IMG/VR virus record: IMGVR_UViG_3300021437_000001
Span: 32,001-96,000 of that record
DNA: 64,000 nt
Source: a virus
Direction: 5' to 3' (one strand)
How positions within the stretch are numbered: position 1 is the stretch's first letter; each line of letters opens with the position of its first letter. Position numbers and translations under genes: made by a program. Of the stretch, positions 38,119-48,090 are shown piece after piece. The notes below the pieces were generated by a model. That model searched no databases, had not been told where the DNA came from, and saw only the letters and a list, made by a program, of their open reading frames with translations.

Positions 38119-39954
38119 ATGGCAGAACAAAATAAGAGCTTCCTTGGAAAAGTAAGAGAAGCTGTTGATGTAACACTAGATTCCTATATTACAAAGAGCC
38201 GTTCAACAATCAATGAGACTCCGGCAGAAGCCGATTCTCGTGGTGATAAATTGTCTATTAGTGAGCTAGATTATGCTGGCAACGAACAATATGGATGGAA
38301 AGAAAAAGTCGGTATGGTCGGCAATCCTGTGCTTAAGAGCATGGCTCGACGAGACTCCGTAGTTATCGCAATTCATCAAACTCGTATTGCTCAAACCTCG
38401 GCATTTACTAAAAAACAACGCTCTAGATATGTACCAGGATGGTTGATCGTACCAGAAGAGAGCGCAGACTTAACAGAAGATCAGAAACTTGAATTATCCG
38501 ATCCAAATCTTTCTCCAGAAGAATACGCTCAAAAGCAGTATGAATTTGAAGAAGCTCGAGTAAAACTGAAAAAACAACAACTCAAAGAAATGAAGGAAAT
38601 CGAAGACTTTATCCTTCACTGTGGAATGGACACTGATGAGTCAGATACGACTCACAAGCGTGTCGATTTTGACAAATTTGTAAAGATTGCAGTTCGAGAC
38701 CGTTTGACTTATAACTACGCTGCGGTTGAATTGATACCACAACGTAATCAAGAACGTGCCCATCATTTTTATCCTGTATCGGCTGGTACTATTAAATTTG
38801 CCACTCGAAGATCAGCAGAACAACTGCAAAAACTCATGGTAGAAAACATGAAATTAAGAGGTTTGACAGAGGAAGACATTGCCAGAAAAACTAACAAACC
38901 TTATAAATATGTGCAAGTTGTTCGAGGAGCGGTTCAAGCTGCTTGGTCAGAAGATTGGTTTGTATTTGAACCAGCAAATCCAACTATAGATCCAGAAGAT
39001 AATGGATACGCAATGGGCGAACTTGAAATGCTCATTCAAATTATCACTGCACACTTATATGCCGAAGCGCACAATCGTAATTTCTTTGTGCAAGGTATTG
39101 GTACTAAAGGTTTATTGCACATAAAAGGGGAAAATATTTCTCGTGCGCAATTAGAAGCCTTCAAACGTCAATGGTTTAATCAAATTTCTAACACTCGTAA
39201 CTCATTCAGACCGCCTATTATTGGTATGGCAGATGAAGTAAAATGGGTTCCACTTGCACAATCAAATCGTGAAATGGAATTTGAACAGTGGATGAATTAT
39301 TTGATTCGTATTTGCTGTGCCGTTTATCAGATCGACCCAGCAGAAATCAATTTTGACATTTCTAAAGTGAACACCTCCACACTTAATGAGTCATCAAACG
39401 AAACTCGAATTAAGTCTTCTCGTGATAAAGGATTAAAACCTTTACTTGACTACGTTCAAAATTTAATCAATAACAACATTCTTCCTCGATGGAATCCAGA
39501 ATATGCGAAAAAGTATCGTTTCGAGTTTGTTGGTCTTGATGCTGAAACAAGACAACAAGAAATTGACCGTTTACAAAAAGAAACTAGCGTTTGGAAAACC
39601 ATTAATGAGGCTAGAATCGAGATGGGTAAAGCCCCGCTTGAGGATGGTGACATAGTTCTTAATGCTATCTACTCTCAGTATCTTGCACAAAAAATGCAAC
39701 AAGATCAAGCTGCGCAACAGCAAGATCAACAGCCTGTTGATGAAACAGGTGCAGGAGAGAATGGAGATGGAACAAATGGCCCTCCTAACTATGATCAACA
39801 AGCTCAACACAGCGAAGAGGCTCAGAAAATTGAAGAAGAATTCAATTCTGATTTAGAAAGCCTAGCTTCTGAGATTGGAAAACCAGAATCAAAACCTAAG
39901 AAGAAATCTGAAGACACTAAAAAGTCTATTGAGTATTTCTCCGATGAAGATTAA
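38119..39954 (+). CDS. Portal protein
   Basis: 611 aa after terL; NRNFFVQG...KGLL, MEFEQWMNYL...CAVYQIDPAEINF, DKGLKPLL, TINEAR..MGKAPLEDGD. Confidence 0.85.
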   Translation: MAEQNKSFLGKVREAVDVTLDSYITKSRSTINETPAEADSRGDKLSISELDYAGNEQYGWKEKVGMVGNPVLKSMARRDSVVIAIHQTRIAQTSAFTKKQRSRYVPGWLIVPEESADLTEDQKLELSDPNLSPEEYAQKQYEFEEARVKLKKQQLKEMKEIEDFILHCGMDTDESDTTHKRVDFDKFVKIAVRDRLTYNYAAVELIPQRNQERAHHFYPVSAGTIKFATRRSAEQLQKLMVENMKLRGLTEEDIARKTNKPYKYVQVVRGAVQAAWSEDWFVFEPANPTIDPEDNGYAMGELEMLIQIITAHLYAEAHNRNFFVQGIGTKGLLHIKGENISRAQLEAFKRQWFNQISNTRNSFRPPIIGMADEVKWVPLAQSNREMEFEQWMNYLIRICCAVYQIDPAEINFDISKVNTSTLNESSNETRIKSSRDKGLKPLLDYVQNLINNNILPRWNPEYAKKYRFEFVGLDAETRQQEIDRLQKETSVWKTINEARIEMGKAPLEDGDIVLNAIYSQYLAQKMQQDQAAQQQDQQPVDETGAGENGDGTNGPPNYDQQAQHSEEAQKIEEEFNSDLESLASEIGKPESKPKKKSEDTKKSIEYFSDED

Positions 39955-40183
39955 AGTTGAGTTAGAAAAAGGTGAAACAGTTGAGGCTGCTGACGAGTTC
40001 CTGGCAAAGGCACTCGCAGCTAAAACTGAATGCGAACATGGAGAGCGTTACTCCGATGACGCTATAAACGAAGCCCATGATCATATTTGCAAACTATTTA
40101 ATTCTTTAACTACAGATTTGCATTTAACGATAAAGGACATAGTCGAAGATGCTACTAGAACAAAGAACCCAGGACAGAATTAA
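39944..40183 (+). CDS. Hypothetical protein
   Basis: ATG 39944 overlapping the portal end. Confidence 0.45.
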   Translation: MKIKVELEKGETVEAADEFLAKALAAKTECEHGERYSDDAINEAHDHICKLFNSLTTDLHLTIKDIVEDATRTKNPGQN

Positions 40184-40988
40184 TGAAGCAGTAGATCAAG
40201 CTTACTTGTCATTTTTGATAAGTATGATTGGTTTTGCGGCGCTTTCAGAAGATGATAAGCGTAAAGCGGCTGTACTAGGTCTTGTCCAAATCAATAGACC
40301 ATTGATAGAATCTTTATATCAGATAGCTTTTCAACGAGGAAACGAAGCAAGTCAACGTCCTGTGAAACTTCGAGATTTGATAGCTTATGCTGGCTTAGCT
40401 GGGGTCTTGCCTTTAACTGATGCTCAGGCCTATTCTTTAGAGCATGCAAAAAGAGAAATGTACGACGCTATTGAAAGTGCTCGTGAAGAATATAAAAAGA
40501 AAATTCGACAAGCCATTCTAAAATCAAATGCTGATGCTCGAGCTAGTGAATTAACACAGTCTCTCTCAATACAGGAAAAGCAAGCCAAAAAAATAGAGTT
40601 AGTTAGTGCTCTATTAGCAAGTCTGGCGTTAATTTCCACTAAACTCGAAGACGCCTTTACAAAAGGGGCCACTAGTGCCTTAACAAATTTAGTCAATAAT
40701 GCTGCGGTAGATGAGGCACTTACCAGTGTGCTAGTAAATCAAACTTCAGCAAAAAACTTGCGAGCCTATAAACGTGTTATAAACGATGGCAAATTATGCG
40801 GATGGTGTTCAAAATTTTATACCAATAAAGACGGTTCACCAAAAGTATATCCATTGTCAGAATTAATTGCGAATGGATCTAACGATGGTTTACCGAAGAA
40901 CGCTTGGAAGCCTGTCGTTGGAAAAACGCATGTACGTTGCCGTTGTCAGCTTCATTATTTAGCTCCGAATCAACCTGATCCAAAGTAG
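40149..40988 (+). CDS. Head morphogenesis protein (Mu gpF / SPP1 gp7-like)
   Basis: C-terminal CxxC...HVRCRC; downstream of portal. Confidence 0.7.
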   Translation: MLLEQRTQDRINEAVDQAYLSFLISMIGFAALSEDDKRKAAVLGLVQINRPLIESLYQIAFQRGNEASQRPVKLRDLIAYAGLAGVLPLTDAQAYSLEHAKREMYDAIESAREEYKKKIRQAILKSNADARASELTQSLSIQEKQAKKIELVSALLASLALISTKLEDAFTKGATSALTNLVNNAAVDEALTSVLVNQTSAKNLRAYKRVINDGKLCGWCSKFYTNKDGSPKVYPLSELIANGSNDGLPKNAWKPVVGKTHVRCRCQLHYLAPNQPDPK

Positions 40989-41110
40989 CATCATCTTCAA
41001 AAAAAGAAGGTTGAGCTTTCTCTAAACAGTCTGCTGTTATTTGTTTTTCTGGCGCTTGAGTTGTTAATTTCTTGATTTTATTTCCACGTTTCAACCACTC
41101 GGAAATTGAT

Positions 41111-41467
41111 TCAGTTTTCACTTTTGTAAATCCTTTTTATGTATTGTTCTTCAAATGGCATATCGTCTATATAAGATTCTGGCTTAGAAGCTATGACGTG
41201 GACATAATCGGCTAGGCCAATTTGTTTAACGACATTCTCAGCATGATCGCTACCTCCAGCAGACCAAACCACAACATTCCAACCTATAGCATGTAAATCT
41301 TTTACAAGTTGAATATGAGGTCGATGCAAGCGGACAACAATATTTCCACTTTCCAAAGTTAGAACTTTAGAAGTTGGATCATGAATATCAGCTCCCCACA
41401 TGATTAGGGTGTCGTCCACGTCGCAATAAATTGTTCGTTTATCCGAGAGTTTAAAATAATTAGACAC
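41111..41467 (-). CDS. HAD-family phosphatase
   Basis: DVDDTL, VVWSAGG, KP..YIDD. Confidence 0.75.
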   Translation of the reverse strand: MSNYFKLSDKRTIYCDVDDTLIMWGADIHDPTSKVLTLESGNIVVRLHRPHIQLVKDLHAIGWNVVVWSAGGSDHAENVVKQIGLADYVHVIASKPESYIDDMPFEEQYIKRIYKSEN

Positions 41468-41657
41468 GTTTTAAATTTTCCTTTGTTCGCTCAATGTGCT
41501 GCTCAAGTTGCTGTCTATTAAATGTTAATTCTGTACTGCGAGTTATAATTTTTACTTTTCCTTGCATGACGCCGGAACTTCCAGCTACCCAGAAATCCCA
41601 ATTGCTGCGCATTCGTAGTAAAAATTTAAGATGTTCACGAATCGCTTGCTTTCTCAT
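41460..41657 (-). CDS. Hypothetical protein
   Basis: Coupled minus-strand ORF. Confidence 0.45.
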   Translation of the reverse strand: MRKQAIREHLKFLLRMRSNWDFWVAGSSGVMQGKVKIITRSTELTFNRQQLEQHIERTKENLKRV

Positions 41658-41899
41658 GGCTTTTCACCTACAAGATAAACAATATGCCCTTCTACCACTT
41701 GAACTGGAATTTCGTAACCTTCTACTCGAAAGCATTTAAAATCAGTAGAGCCGTAACTATTGATGGCAGTTTCTTTACCTAAAATTAATATTTTAGGCAC
41801 TAAAAAATGTTCTAAACAAAACATCGCCTGTCTTTGAATAATCAAATTTAATTTTTCAGCTTCTCCAGTTGCTAATTCAAATTTACTCCAAGAATTCAT
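41654..41899 (-). CDS. Hypothetical protein
   Basis: Likely start ATG 41899 coupled to the ligase stop. Confidence 0.45.
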   Translation of the reverse strand: MNSWSKFELATGEAEKLNLIIQRQAMFCLEHFLVPKILILGKETAINSYGSTDFKCFRVEGYEIPVQVVEGHIVYLVGEKP

Positions 41900-43032
41900 A
41901 AACCTTCCTCTCGCAGACGCAAGCCCACTGGAAAGCGTGGAACTTTGTTCTTGCCAGTCAGTCCTTGAAATTGTACTGTAAGAAGTTTTCCCTTGCACAA
42001 TGTGGGGTCATTCAGAAACTTCTTGGTTTCTTCCTGGTTTCCGGTCATCTTGACCTCAAACTCAGTGCCATCTTGCGTCCTGCAAAGAAAAGCACCTAGT
42101 AGACCCTTCAATTTTCCCTTCCCCTCAACAACGTCCACTATCTCAAACTCCGCATCGTCAAACTCTTTGACTTTTTGGAGGTTGTAGGACCGCTTGTTCT
42201 CATACATGCCATCTTTATTACGAAGCATTACACCTTCGTATCCGGCAGTTTTATATTTTTGAAATAGCTCAGACACATCTTCGTTATTATTTACAATAAG
42301 TGTCCAAAGAACCTTTAATGGTGGACGCACCACAATAGAATCTAAAAAATTAATTCTATGATAGTTTGAGTGTTCGGTGTCAACCATATCATAAATGTGA
42401 TATTCAATCTGCGCAGATTCAGGACTTGGATTTTCTTTACGAACGGCAGATACGATCTTTTCAAAATCAGCCTTTAAAGCATGATTATAAAGCTCGCCAT
42501 CAAGAATGATATTTGTAATATGTGCAAAATTAAGCGCAATTGCTTGCTCGATATGAGGACAACTTGTAATTCTTTTACGAGTTCTTGACCAGAGTGTGAC
42601 ATTTTGACCTTTCTTAATAGCAATACAGCGAATACCGTCTAACTTAGGCTGAGCCAAGCAAGGAAATTTAATCTTATCTCCGTGCTTTTCATAGACATGT
42701 GCCAGCATTGGTTCAACTCCGCCCTCAATCAAATCATCGACTTCTCCGGCATTAGCTGATTCCAAGGATTCAACATAGCCTCGTTTTTTCTTCTTTTCCC
42801 ATTTAGATTTGGCCTCATTTAAGGCTTGCTGCAATACGGTAGTCTCATTCTTTTTACCTACATTTTTACCTTCTGAAATCACATCAAAGGTACTTTGTAG
42901 CTTTCCGCCTGTCTCTCCATATACGGAAAATACCCTACATGTGCCATTTTCCATGACTTCAACTTCGACTCCCCATTGCTCAATCTTACCTTGCGAAGAC
43001 TTTTTATAAAGAATTGGAAAATTTGTAGTCAT
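41896..43032 (-). CDS. ATP-dependent DNA ligase
   Basis: PMLA, QPKLDGIRC, LDGELY, YEGVMLR, KRS..LQKVK, PRFPV; WGR-like N-domain. Confidence 0.92.
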   Translation of the reverse strand: MTTNFPILYKKSSQGKIEQWGVEVEVMENGTCRVFSVYGETGGKLQSTFDVISEGKNVGKKNETTVLQQALNEAKSKWEKKKKRGYVESLESANAGEVDDLIEGGVEPMLAHVYEKHGDKIKFPCLAQPKLDGIRCIAIKKGQNVTLWSRTRKRITSCPHIEQAIALNFAHITNIILDGELYNHALKADFEKIVSAVRKENPSPESAQIEYHIYDMVDTEHSNYHRINFLDSIVVRPPLKVLWTLIVNNNEDVSELFQKYKTAGYEGVMLRNKDGMYENKRSYNLQKVKEFDDAEFEIVDVVEGKGKLKGLLGAFLCRTQDGTEFEVKMTGNQEETKKFLNDPTLCKGKLLTVQFQGLTGKNKVPRFPVGLRLREEGL

Positions 43033-43034
43033 AT

Positions 43035-43277
43035 TTACTCCTCAAATCTAACTTCATGTTCACGGTCAAAGTAAGATTCCTTGCCGCAAGTATCACATTT
43101 ATAATTGTGCATCCATACCCAGTCGTCCTCTAAATACTCAATTTCATCCACCACATCTTGATGGACAAATCCAACACAGCCAGGCTCGTCACATTTAGTA
43201 GGACCTGAACAACAACAGACTTTACAATTTCCACCTTTTACATGAGGAGGAAACATTCGGTCTTTTAGGGAGTCCAT
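43035..43277 (-). CDS. Cys-rich small hypothetical protein
   Basis: Multiple CxxC motifs. Confidence 0.5.
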   Translation of the reverse strand: MDSLKDRMFPPHVKGGNCKVCCCSGPTKCDEPGCVGFVHQDVVDEIEYLEDDWVWMHNYKCDTCGKESYFDREHEVRFEE

Positions 43278-43705
43278 ATCCTTATCTCCTTATCCTTAAA
43301 CTCTTCCACTATGGCGAGAGTTTTATCCCAAGGCACTCTAAACAATCCAGAGTTAATCTTAGGCATGTTTACAACATCAGTATCAGATACTTGATTGAAT
43401 AAGTCAACTAAAGATTTACGAGTATTGTCGAGAATCTCATCTTGATACAGGGCACGTTTACCGAAGCCTGTAGAAGTGAATAGACAGCCAACTCGATGCC
43501 ATTTGCCATTCAAAATGAGACATGAGCCTAGAAGAGCGTTGCCTTTTAATTGGCAATGGGCTTGATAAGCTTTGTAGTAGCTAGGGTAAAGACGATTGAA
43601 AGTGGCGGCAATGCCAGCACCCCAAGCACCCTCGGTGTTACAGGCGTGAACAAGGAGTGAACCTTTGTCTGCGTCAAAAAGATTACCTTTAACATCTAAG
43701 ATCAT
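43265..43705 (-). CDS. Macro-domain protein (Poa1/TARG1/DarG-like ADP-ribose hydrolase)
   Basis: KGNLF, LVHACN..G.WGAGIA..F, CLFTS, MPKINSGLF.VPW. Confidence 0.82.
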   Translation of the reverse strand: MILDVKGNLFDADKGSLLVHACNTEGAWGAGIAATFNRLYPSYYKAYQAHCQLKGNALLGSCLILNGKWHRVGCLFTSTGFGKRALYQDEILDNTRKSLVDLFNQVSDTDVVNMPKINSGLFRVPWDKTLAIVEEFKDKEIRIWTP

Positions 43706-44355
43706 AAATCAAACTCCCTTACTGGATTTGTAGGCATGTACATTTCATCGCAAATGCTTGCATTGATGTATTTGACGCCATTGAAAACAGTCTCTCCGGC
43801 AGAGCCGTGAATATGTCCAAAAGCGTGAAGTTTTAACTGCTTTAATTGATTGATGCGATCCATTAGATCGTGACAGCCAACTCGCTCTTTCGGAGTGACT
43901 CCATCTGTGAAATATACGACATCTAAAATACCTGCTGGAGGACCGTGAGTGATGAGTATTTGCGTATCGTCAGGAATAACATCCCAATGACGTTTAATTT
44001 CTGGTCCTCGACGTCTATTCCATGCCCAGTCATAGAACCAAGGAGTGATGGCCGAGCCGTGGATTTTTATACCTTCAATATCTACAGTGCCTTCGTCAAT
44101 AAAGTGGACTCCAGGGCAAGCTTTTTCGGCCAGTTCTTTAGCTTCCGTAAAATTTTTTTCTACCCAAGTTTCGTGATTTCCTTGAACTGAAATGATGTGC
44201 CCCGCTTCTTGCTTATTTAACCATTCATGAAAATCTTTGACCATGTGTCTTTCACCACGAAAACTATAGTCTCCGCAACTAATAAGAATATCGCATTCAG
44301 GAATTTGTAGTTTATTCCATTTCCCATGAACGTCGGAAATTAAAACTATTTTCAT
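43702..44355 (-). CDS. Metallophosphoesterase
   Basis: ISDVHG, CGD, GNHE, LITHGPP, FGHIH. Confidence 0.85.
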   Translation of the reverse strand: MKIVLISDVHGKWNKLQIPECDILISCGDYSFRGERHMVKDFHEWLNKQEAGHIISVQGNHETWVEKNFTEAKELAEKACPGVHFIDEGTVDIEGIKIHGSAITPWFYDWAWNRRRGPEIKRHWDVIPDDTQILITHGPPAGILDVVYFTDGVTPKERVGCHDLMDRINQLKQLKLHAFGHIHGSAGETVFNGVKYINASICDEMYMPTNPVREFDL

Positions 44356-44543
44356 TAGCCACCCACTCTATAGGCGATGATAAGCCACATAAGTAAAGGC
44401 ACGATTACTACCATAAATGGTACGGTTACTTTGGCCCCAAGATATTTTACTTCTCTTGAATTGAGCATTACCCAAAGTTGTAAACCAAAAAATAAACACC
44501 ACAAGATACTAATAACTAAAAGTGTCCAATCAAATGCTCTCAT
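44355..44543 (-). CDS. Small two-TM membrane protein
   Basis: Hydrophobic 62 aa, GGAGG RBS. Confidence 0.5.
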   Translation of the reverse strand: MRAFDWTLLVISILWCLFFGLQLWVMLNSREVKYLGAKVTVPFMVVIVPLLMWLIIAYRVGG

Positions 44544-45124
44544 TTATCCTCCATATTCATAGAACTAAGACTCAAACTTTTAAAACGAAGTTTTATTACA
44601 CGAACCGGACGTTCGCATAAAAGAAACCCATGCGCTGTCTTGTGTCCTCGCTTATCGACATCCACCAAATGCAATTTAAAATCGTCTTGATCTACTATCA
44701 CCGCAGTGTTCTTATCCACTAAGACAAAATGCCCATCGCTGCCAAACTGTTCAGCAAATTTAATATCAGCGGCGTACACATCATCTATAGATAACTCTCT
44801 ATCAACTTCAAGTGCGGCTGGAATAATATCTAGTAAATTTTTAAATTCCTTAACTACAAAATGTTCAAGAGCTAATCGTTTAAAACGTTCGTGTTCTTGA
44901 GGAAAAACTTCAGAGCTATAAATAGGACTAAAAGTTTTTCTAGATTTTTTAAATGTTAGACCCTCTGAACTGACATCTCCTACTGATACGAAATCCATCT
45001 CGATAGGGTCATCAAATCTAGTGTAAATCGTGGGATGTTGGACCTTTCCAATATGCAAAGTTGCAAATCTGCCCAGACCTATAATAGATAACCTGCCGCT
45101 AGGTAAACAAAATTCAAAACTCAT
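44540..45124 (-). CDS. Hypothetical protein
   Basis: 194 aa coupled ORF. Confidence 0.55.
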   Translation of the reverse strand: MSFEFCLPSGRLSIIGLGRFATLHIGKVQHPTIYTRFDDPIEMDFVSVGDVSSEGLTFKKSRKTFSPIYSSEVFPQEHERFKRLALEHFVVKEFKNLLDIIPAALEVDRELSIDDVYAADIKFAEQFGSDGHFVLVDKNTAVIVDQDDFKLHLVDVDKRGHKTAHGFLLCERPVRVIKLRFKSLSLSSMNMEDK

Positions 45125-46014
45125 AAAGCCCCCTGTTTAGCTACGCACTCTCTAGCAAACTTAAACAATTCTCCGCCCAAAGCCTTCTTAACGGCTTTCA
45201 CTTCATCGGCATCGCCAACAATCTGCCCTTCTGACAACAAATCCGATACATAGTCAGCACAAATTTGTGGCAAAGATTTAGGATAATCAGTTAAGTAACG
45301 CTCGTCTCTAGAGAGTAATTTTTCCATACGAATAGGTTGAAACAGGTGTGCATACTTTGTCAAGGCTAAATTTTCCTGTTCTGTCTTAATTGCTTTGGCC
45401 TTTTCATCGCCTCGTTTCCAGGCAGTTTCTTCGGCCTCGAATACCTTTTTGAGACGGTGTCCCATCGTGTCAATCACTACACCTTCTGGCCGCATAAATC
45501 CTGGACATAGCTTAGAGCCATTCGTCTTAAGATCTGTCATCACCTCTTCGATCTTTTCCAGATTGAAAGGACCTTTATATAGCACAGGCACAACTGTCGT
45601 CTGTGGTGGCAATGGACGTTCAGGTGGGTACTTCCAATGATCGAACAATACAAAAACCTTACTATCAAGACCTTCGCCTGAATTTATACCTAATCCTGCC
45701 CATTCTCCAAAATGTTGCCCAACGCCCAGCTTTTGCACAAACTCTTCTTTATGCTTATCCACAAACGCAGCAAAACCGTAGTTGTCGTCTCCTGGATAAA
45801 TCCAACGAGTACGGCTTCCGGCTCTAATTAGATACCCTTTACCGTCAATCGTCACATTAGGCAACGGCAGTCCTCGCTTTTCGTCTGGAATAGTGTCCGT
45901 AGGTAATGGAACTTCGATGATAAATACCTGAGCATTAGTGCCGTGAATCTTCTGTGTAATACACATTTCTATCTTCTTTAATGCTGTAATTTTTTCAAAA
46001 GGTTTAAACTCCAT
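45121..46014 (-). CDS. RNA ligase (Rnl2-like nucleotidyltransferase)
   Basis: TQKIHGTN motif I, GSRTR, DNYGFA, FGEW, LFD, EGVV; GGAGG RBS before ATG 46014. Confidence 0.78.
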   Translation of the reverse strand: MEFKPFEKITALKKIEMCITQKIHGTNAQVFIIEVPLPTDTIPDEKRGLPLPNVTIDGKGYLIRAGSRTRWIYPGDDNYGFAAFVDKHKEEFVQKLGVGQHFGEWAGLGINSGEGLDSKVFVLFDHWKYPPERPLPPQTTVVPVLYKGPFNLEKIEEVMTDLKTNGSKLCPGFMRPEGVVIDTMGHRLKKVFEAEETAWKRGDEKAKAIKTEQENLALTKYAHLFQPIRMEKLLSRDERYLTDYPKSLPQICADYVSDLLSEGQIVGDADEVKAVKKALGGELFKFARECVAKQGAL

Positions 46015-46033
46015 GTGTCCTCCTATGTAAAAC

Positions 46034-46106
46034 ATACTATATTGGTCAATTTTAATAGTCAAGTGAAAAAGTACGGCTTGACTATTGTTGATCGTTTTGA
46101 TACTTT
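46034..46106. promoter_or_regulatory. Divergent sigma70-type promoter pair
   Basis: Minus: TTGACT-N17-TAGTAT (46062-46034); plus: TTGACT-N17-TACTTT (46078-46106); sits between divergent operons. Confidence 0.55.
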
Positions 46107-46133
46107 GGTTAAAGAGGAAACGGAGGAAATTTA

Positions 46134-46679
46134 ATGAGCGTACAAGATAAGATCGCTGAACTTGAACGTCAAGTTGCCCGTAAAAAGGCGCTTGTAAATG
46201 CCAAGATCACACTACCTAAAGAAACGCCAGAAGATGTCAAAAAAGAAGTTGCTGCTCTAATACAAGAGGCTCTTTTGAAATTGGCAGATAATGATGCAGT
46301 TTCAAGCGGTGGAAAATTTACTGACGAAGAAGTTACAGTATTGAAATTATTGGCAAATAGAGCTTTAACAAAGCCCGCTGAAACAAAGAAACCTACGCAA
46401 CATACCCCAAATGTGGTATCGACGTCGGCTGATTTAGGAGATAAGGCTTTGGGAAAGATAGATAAAAACCCTGAGCAAAGCGGCGAATACCTAGGTCGTG
46501 AAGCTGAAATTATTTCATTGGACGCTGTTCCTGTTCGTCAAAGAGGAAAAGTCTCTTCGATGGAAAAGTGCAAAGTTATGGAAGTTAGACCTGATGGTCT
46601 ATTACATATCTTGACTATTGGCGGCGTTCGTTTTAACGTATCACCTGAAGATTTAAACTTCGACATTGGGTCGAACTAA
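46134..46679 (+). CDS. Hypothetical protein
   Basis: GGAGG RBS, 181 aa. Confidence 0.6.
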   Translation: MSVQDKIAELERQVARKKALVNAKITLPKETPEDVKKEVAALIQEALLKLADNDAVSSGGKFTDEEVTVLKLLANRALTKPAETKKPTQHTPNVVSTSADLGDKALGKIDKNPEQSGEYLGREAEIISLDAVPVRQRGKVSSMEKCKVMEVRPDGLLHILTIGGVRFNVSPEDLNFDIGSN

Positions 46680-46694
46680 TAAAGGAGAAAGAAA

Positions 46695-47264
46695 ATGGCT
46701 GGCGGATTCAACAAAAATAAGAAGCAAATGACTAAGCGTGAGATGCAAGAGCAAGTGGGAACTCAAGCTAATAACGCTGTTCAAATGGTACAAGGATTGG
46801 CGATGGTTGTTAATCAACAAATTCGCAATCTTAAACTAGAGACCTCAAACCTTGCCGCAATGTCAATCATGCGAGAAGACGGTGGTGAAATTGGCAAATC
46901 CTCAATTGCTTATATCGACTTCGTAGGAACACTTGATGGCGAAGCTTTCGAAGGCGGAGAAGGTATTGGGGTGTTCGTTGATATGGAAGTTCATCAATTT
47001 CTATCTGATTTTCAATCAGCACTTGCTGGTATGAAAGCTGGAGAAACTAAGATCTTTGACGTAAAATTTCCTGAGAATTATCAGGCTAAAGAACTTGCGG
47101 CTAAAACTGCACAGTTTGAAGTCTGTGTTCGTAAAGTTTTGAATGAGATTCCGTCTCCTGTCGCTCTAAAGGCGCTAGAGATTCAAAAGGCTCGTGCCGC
47201 TAAAAAGGCTGCTGAGCAACAAGCTGCACAAACACAGGAGCAATCCGCTACTGTTGAAGGATAA
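46695..47264 (+). CDS. Trigger-factor-type FKBP PPIase domain protein
   Basis: IDFVGTLDGEAFEGG...F..AL.GMKAGE.K...VKFPENYQAKELA.K.A.FEV matches the trigger factor PPIase domain; ribosome-binding and C domains absent. Confidence 0.8.
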   Translation: MAGGFNKNKKQMTKREMQEQVGTQANNAVQMVQGLAMVVNQQIRNLKLETSNLAAMSIMREDGGEIGKSSIAYIDFVGTLDGEAFEGGEGIGVFVDMEVHQFLSDFQSALAGMKAGETKIFDVKFPENYQAKELAAKTAQFEVCVRKVLNEIPSPVALKALEIQKARAAKKAAEQQAAQTQEQSATVEG

Positions 47265-47267
47265 CTT

Positions 47268-47858
47268 ATGTCGAGTCGAGTAAAAAAAATAAGCTCGGCT
47301 CGCTCTAAGGATTCAACGCACTACGAGAATTTATTCGAGTATAACGTTAACTTCAAAGAACGAGTCGTATATTTGAACGATGAGATTAGTGTCGGTTCTT
47401 TAGAACTTATACAAAAAGCATTTGACGAATTTGATACTGCACCTGAAAAACCAGTCCGCATTGAGATTTCATCTTATGGTGGCTCTGTGTATGACATGTT
47501 CGGTATCATTGATAGAATCAAGGCTTCACCTTGTACTGTCATCACTAGAGGTTTCGGCAAAATCATGTCCGCAGCTACTTTTATTTTAGCTGCTGGAGAT
47601 GAACGTTATATCGGCAATCATTCTTGGGTCATGATCCATGAGATGAGTGACGTTGTGAAAGGTAAAATGGCCGATCTTGAAAATGACATGAAACACAATG
47701 CCAATTTGCAAAAGCAAATGTACAGCATGTATGAGAAACTTTCCGGTGGGAAAATTTCAGCGAAAACATGGGCAAAACTTTGTTCTAAAGACCACTACAT
47801 ATCAGCATCAGAAGTTTTAGAACTAGGGTTGGTGGATCATGTCACAGAAGAAGCGTAA
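47268..47858 (+). CDS. ClpP-like protease
   Basis: ERVVYL, ISSYGGSV, G..MSAATFILAAG, RY....VMIH, DHYISA.E.LELGLVD. Confidence 0.85.
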   Translation: MSSRVKKISSARSKDSTHYENLFEYNVNFKERVVYLNDEISVGSLELIQKAFDEFDTAPEKPVRIEISSYGGSVYDMFGIIDRIKASPCTVITRGFGKIMSAATFILAAGDERYIGNHSWVMIHEMSDVVKGKMADLENDMKHNANLQKQMYSMYEKLSGGKISAKTWAKLCSKDHYISASEVLELGLVDHVTEEA

Positions 47859-48084
47859 AAAGAATGTAGTAGTAGATTCTAAAGAGTTTCTTGCTGGCAT
47901 TCAAGCATTGACTATATACTACGAGCGTAAAGTGCAAGAATATACGCAAGTAAAAATGCAGTTAAATGATGAGCGCATCAACGAATCAATGCTAGAAGAT
48001 CTAGAAATTTTAGGAGATGTTTTAAACCACCTTACGACATTGGTGGGTGATCAATTAAAAAACGAAGGCGATAGTCTAAATTGA
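47839..48084 (+). CDS. Hypothetical protein
   Basis: In-operon ORF. Confidence 0.45.
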   Translation: MSQKKRKKNVVVDSKEFLAGIQALTIYYERKVQEYTQVKMQLNDERINESMLEDLEILGDVLNHLTTLVGDQLKNEGDSLN

Positions 48085-48090
48085 GGTTGT

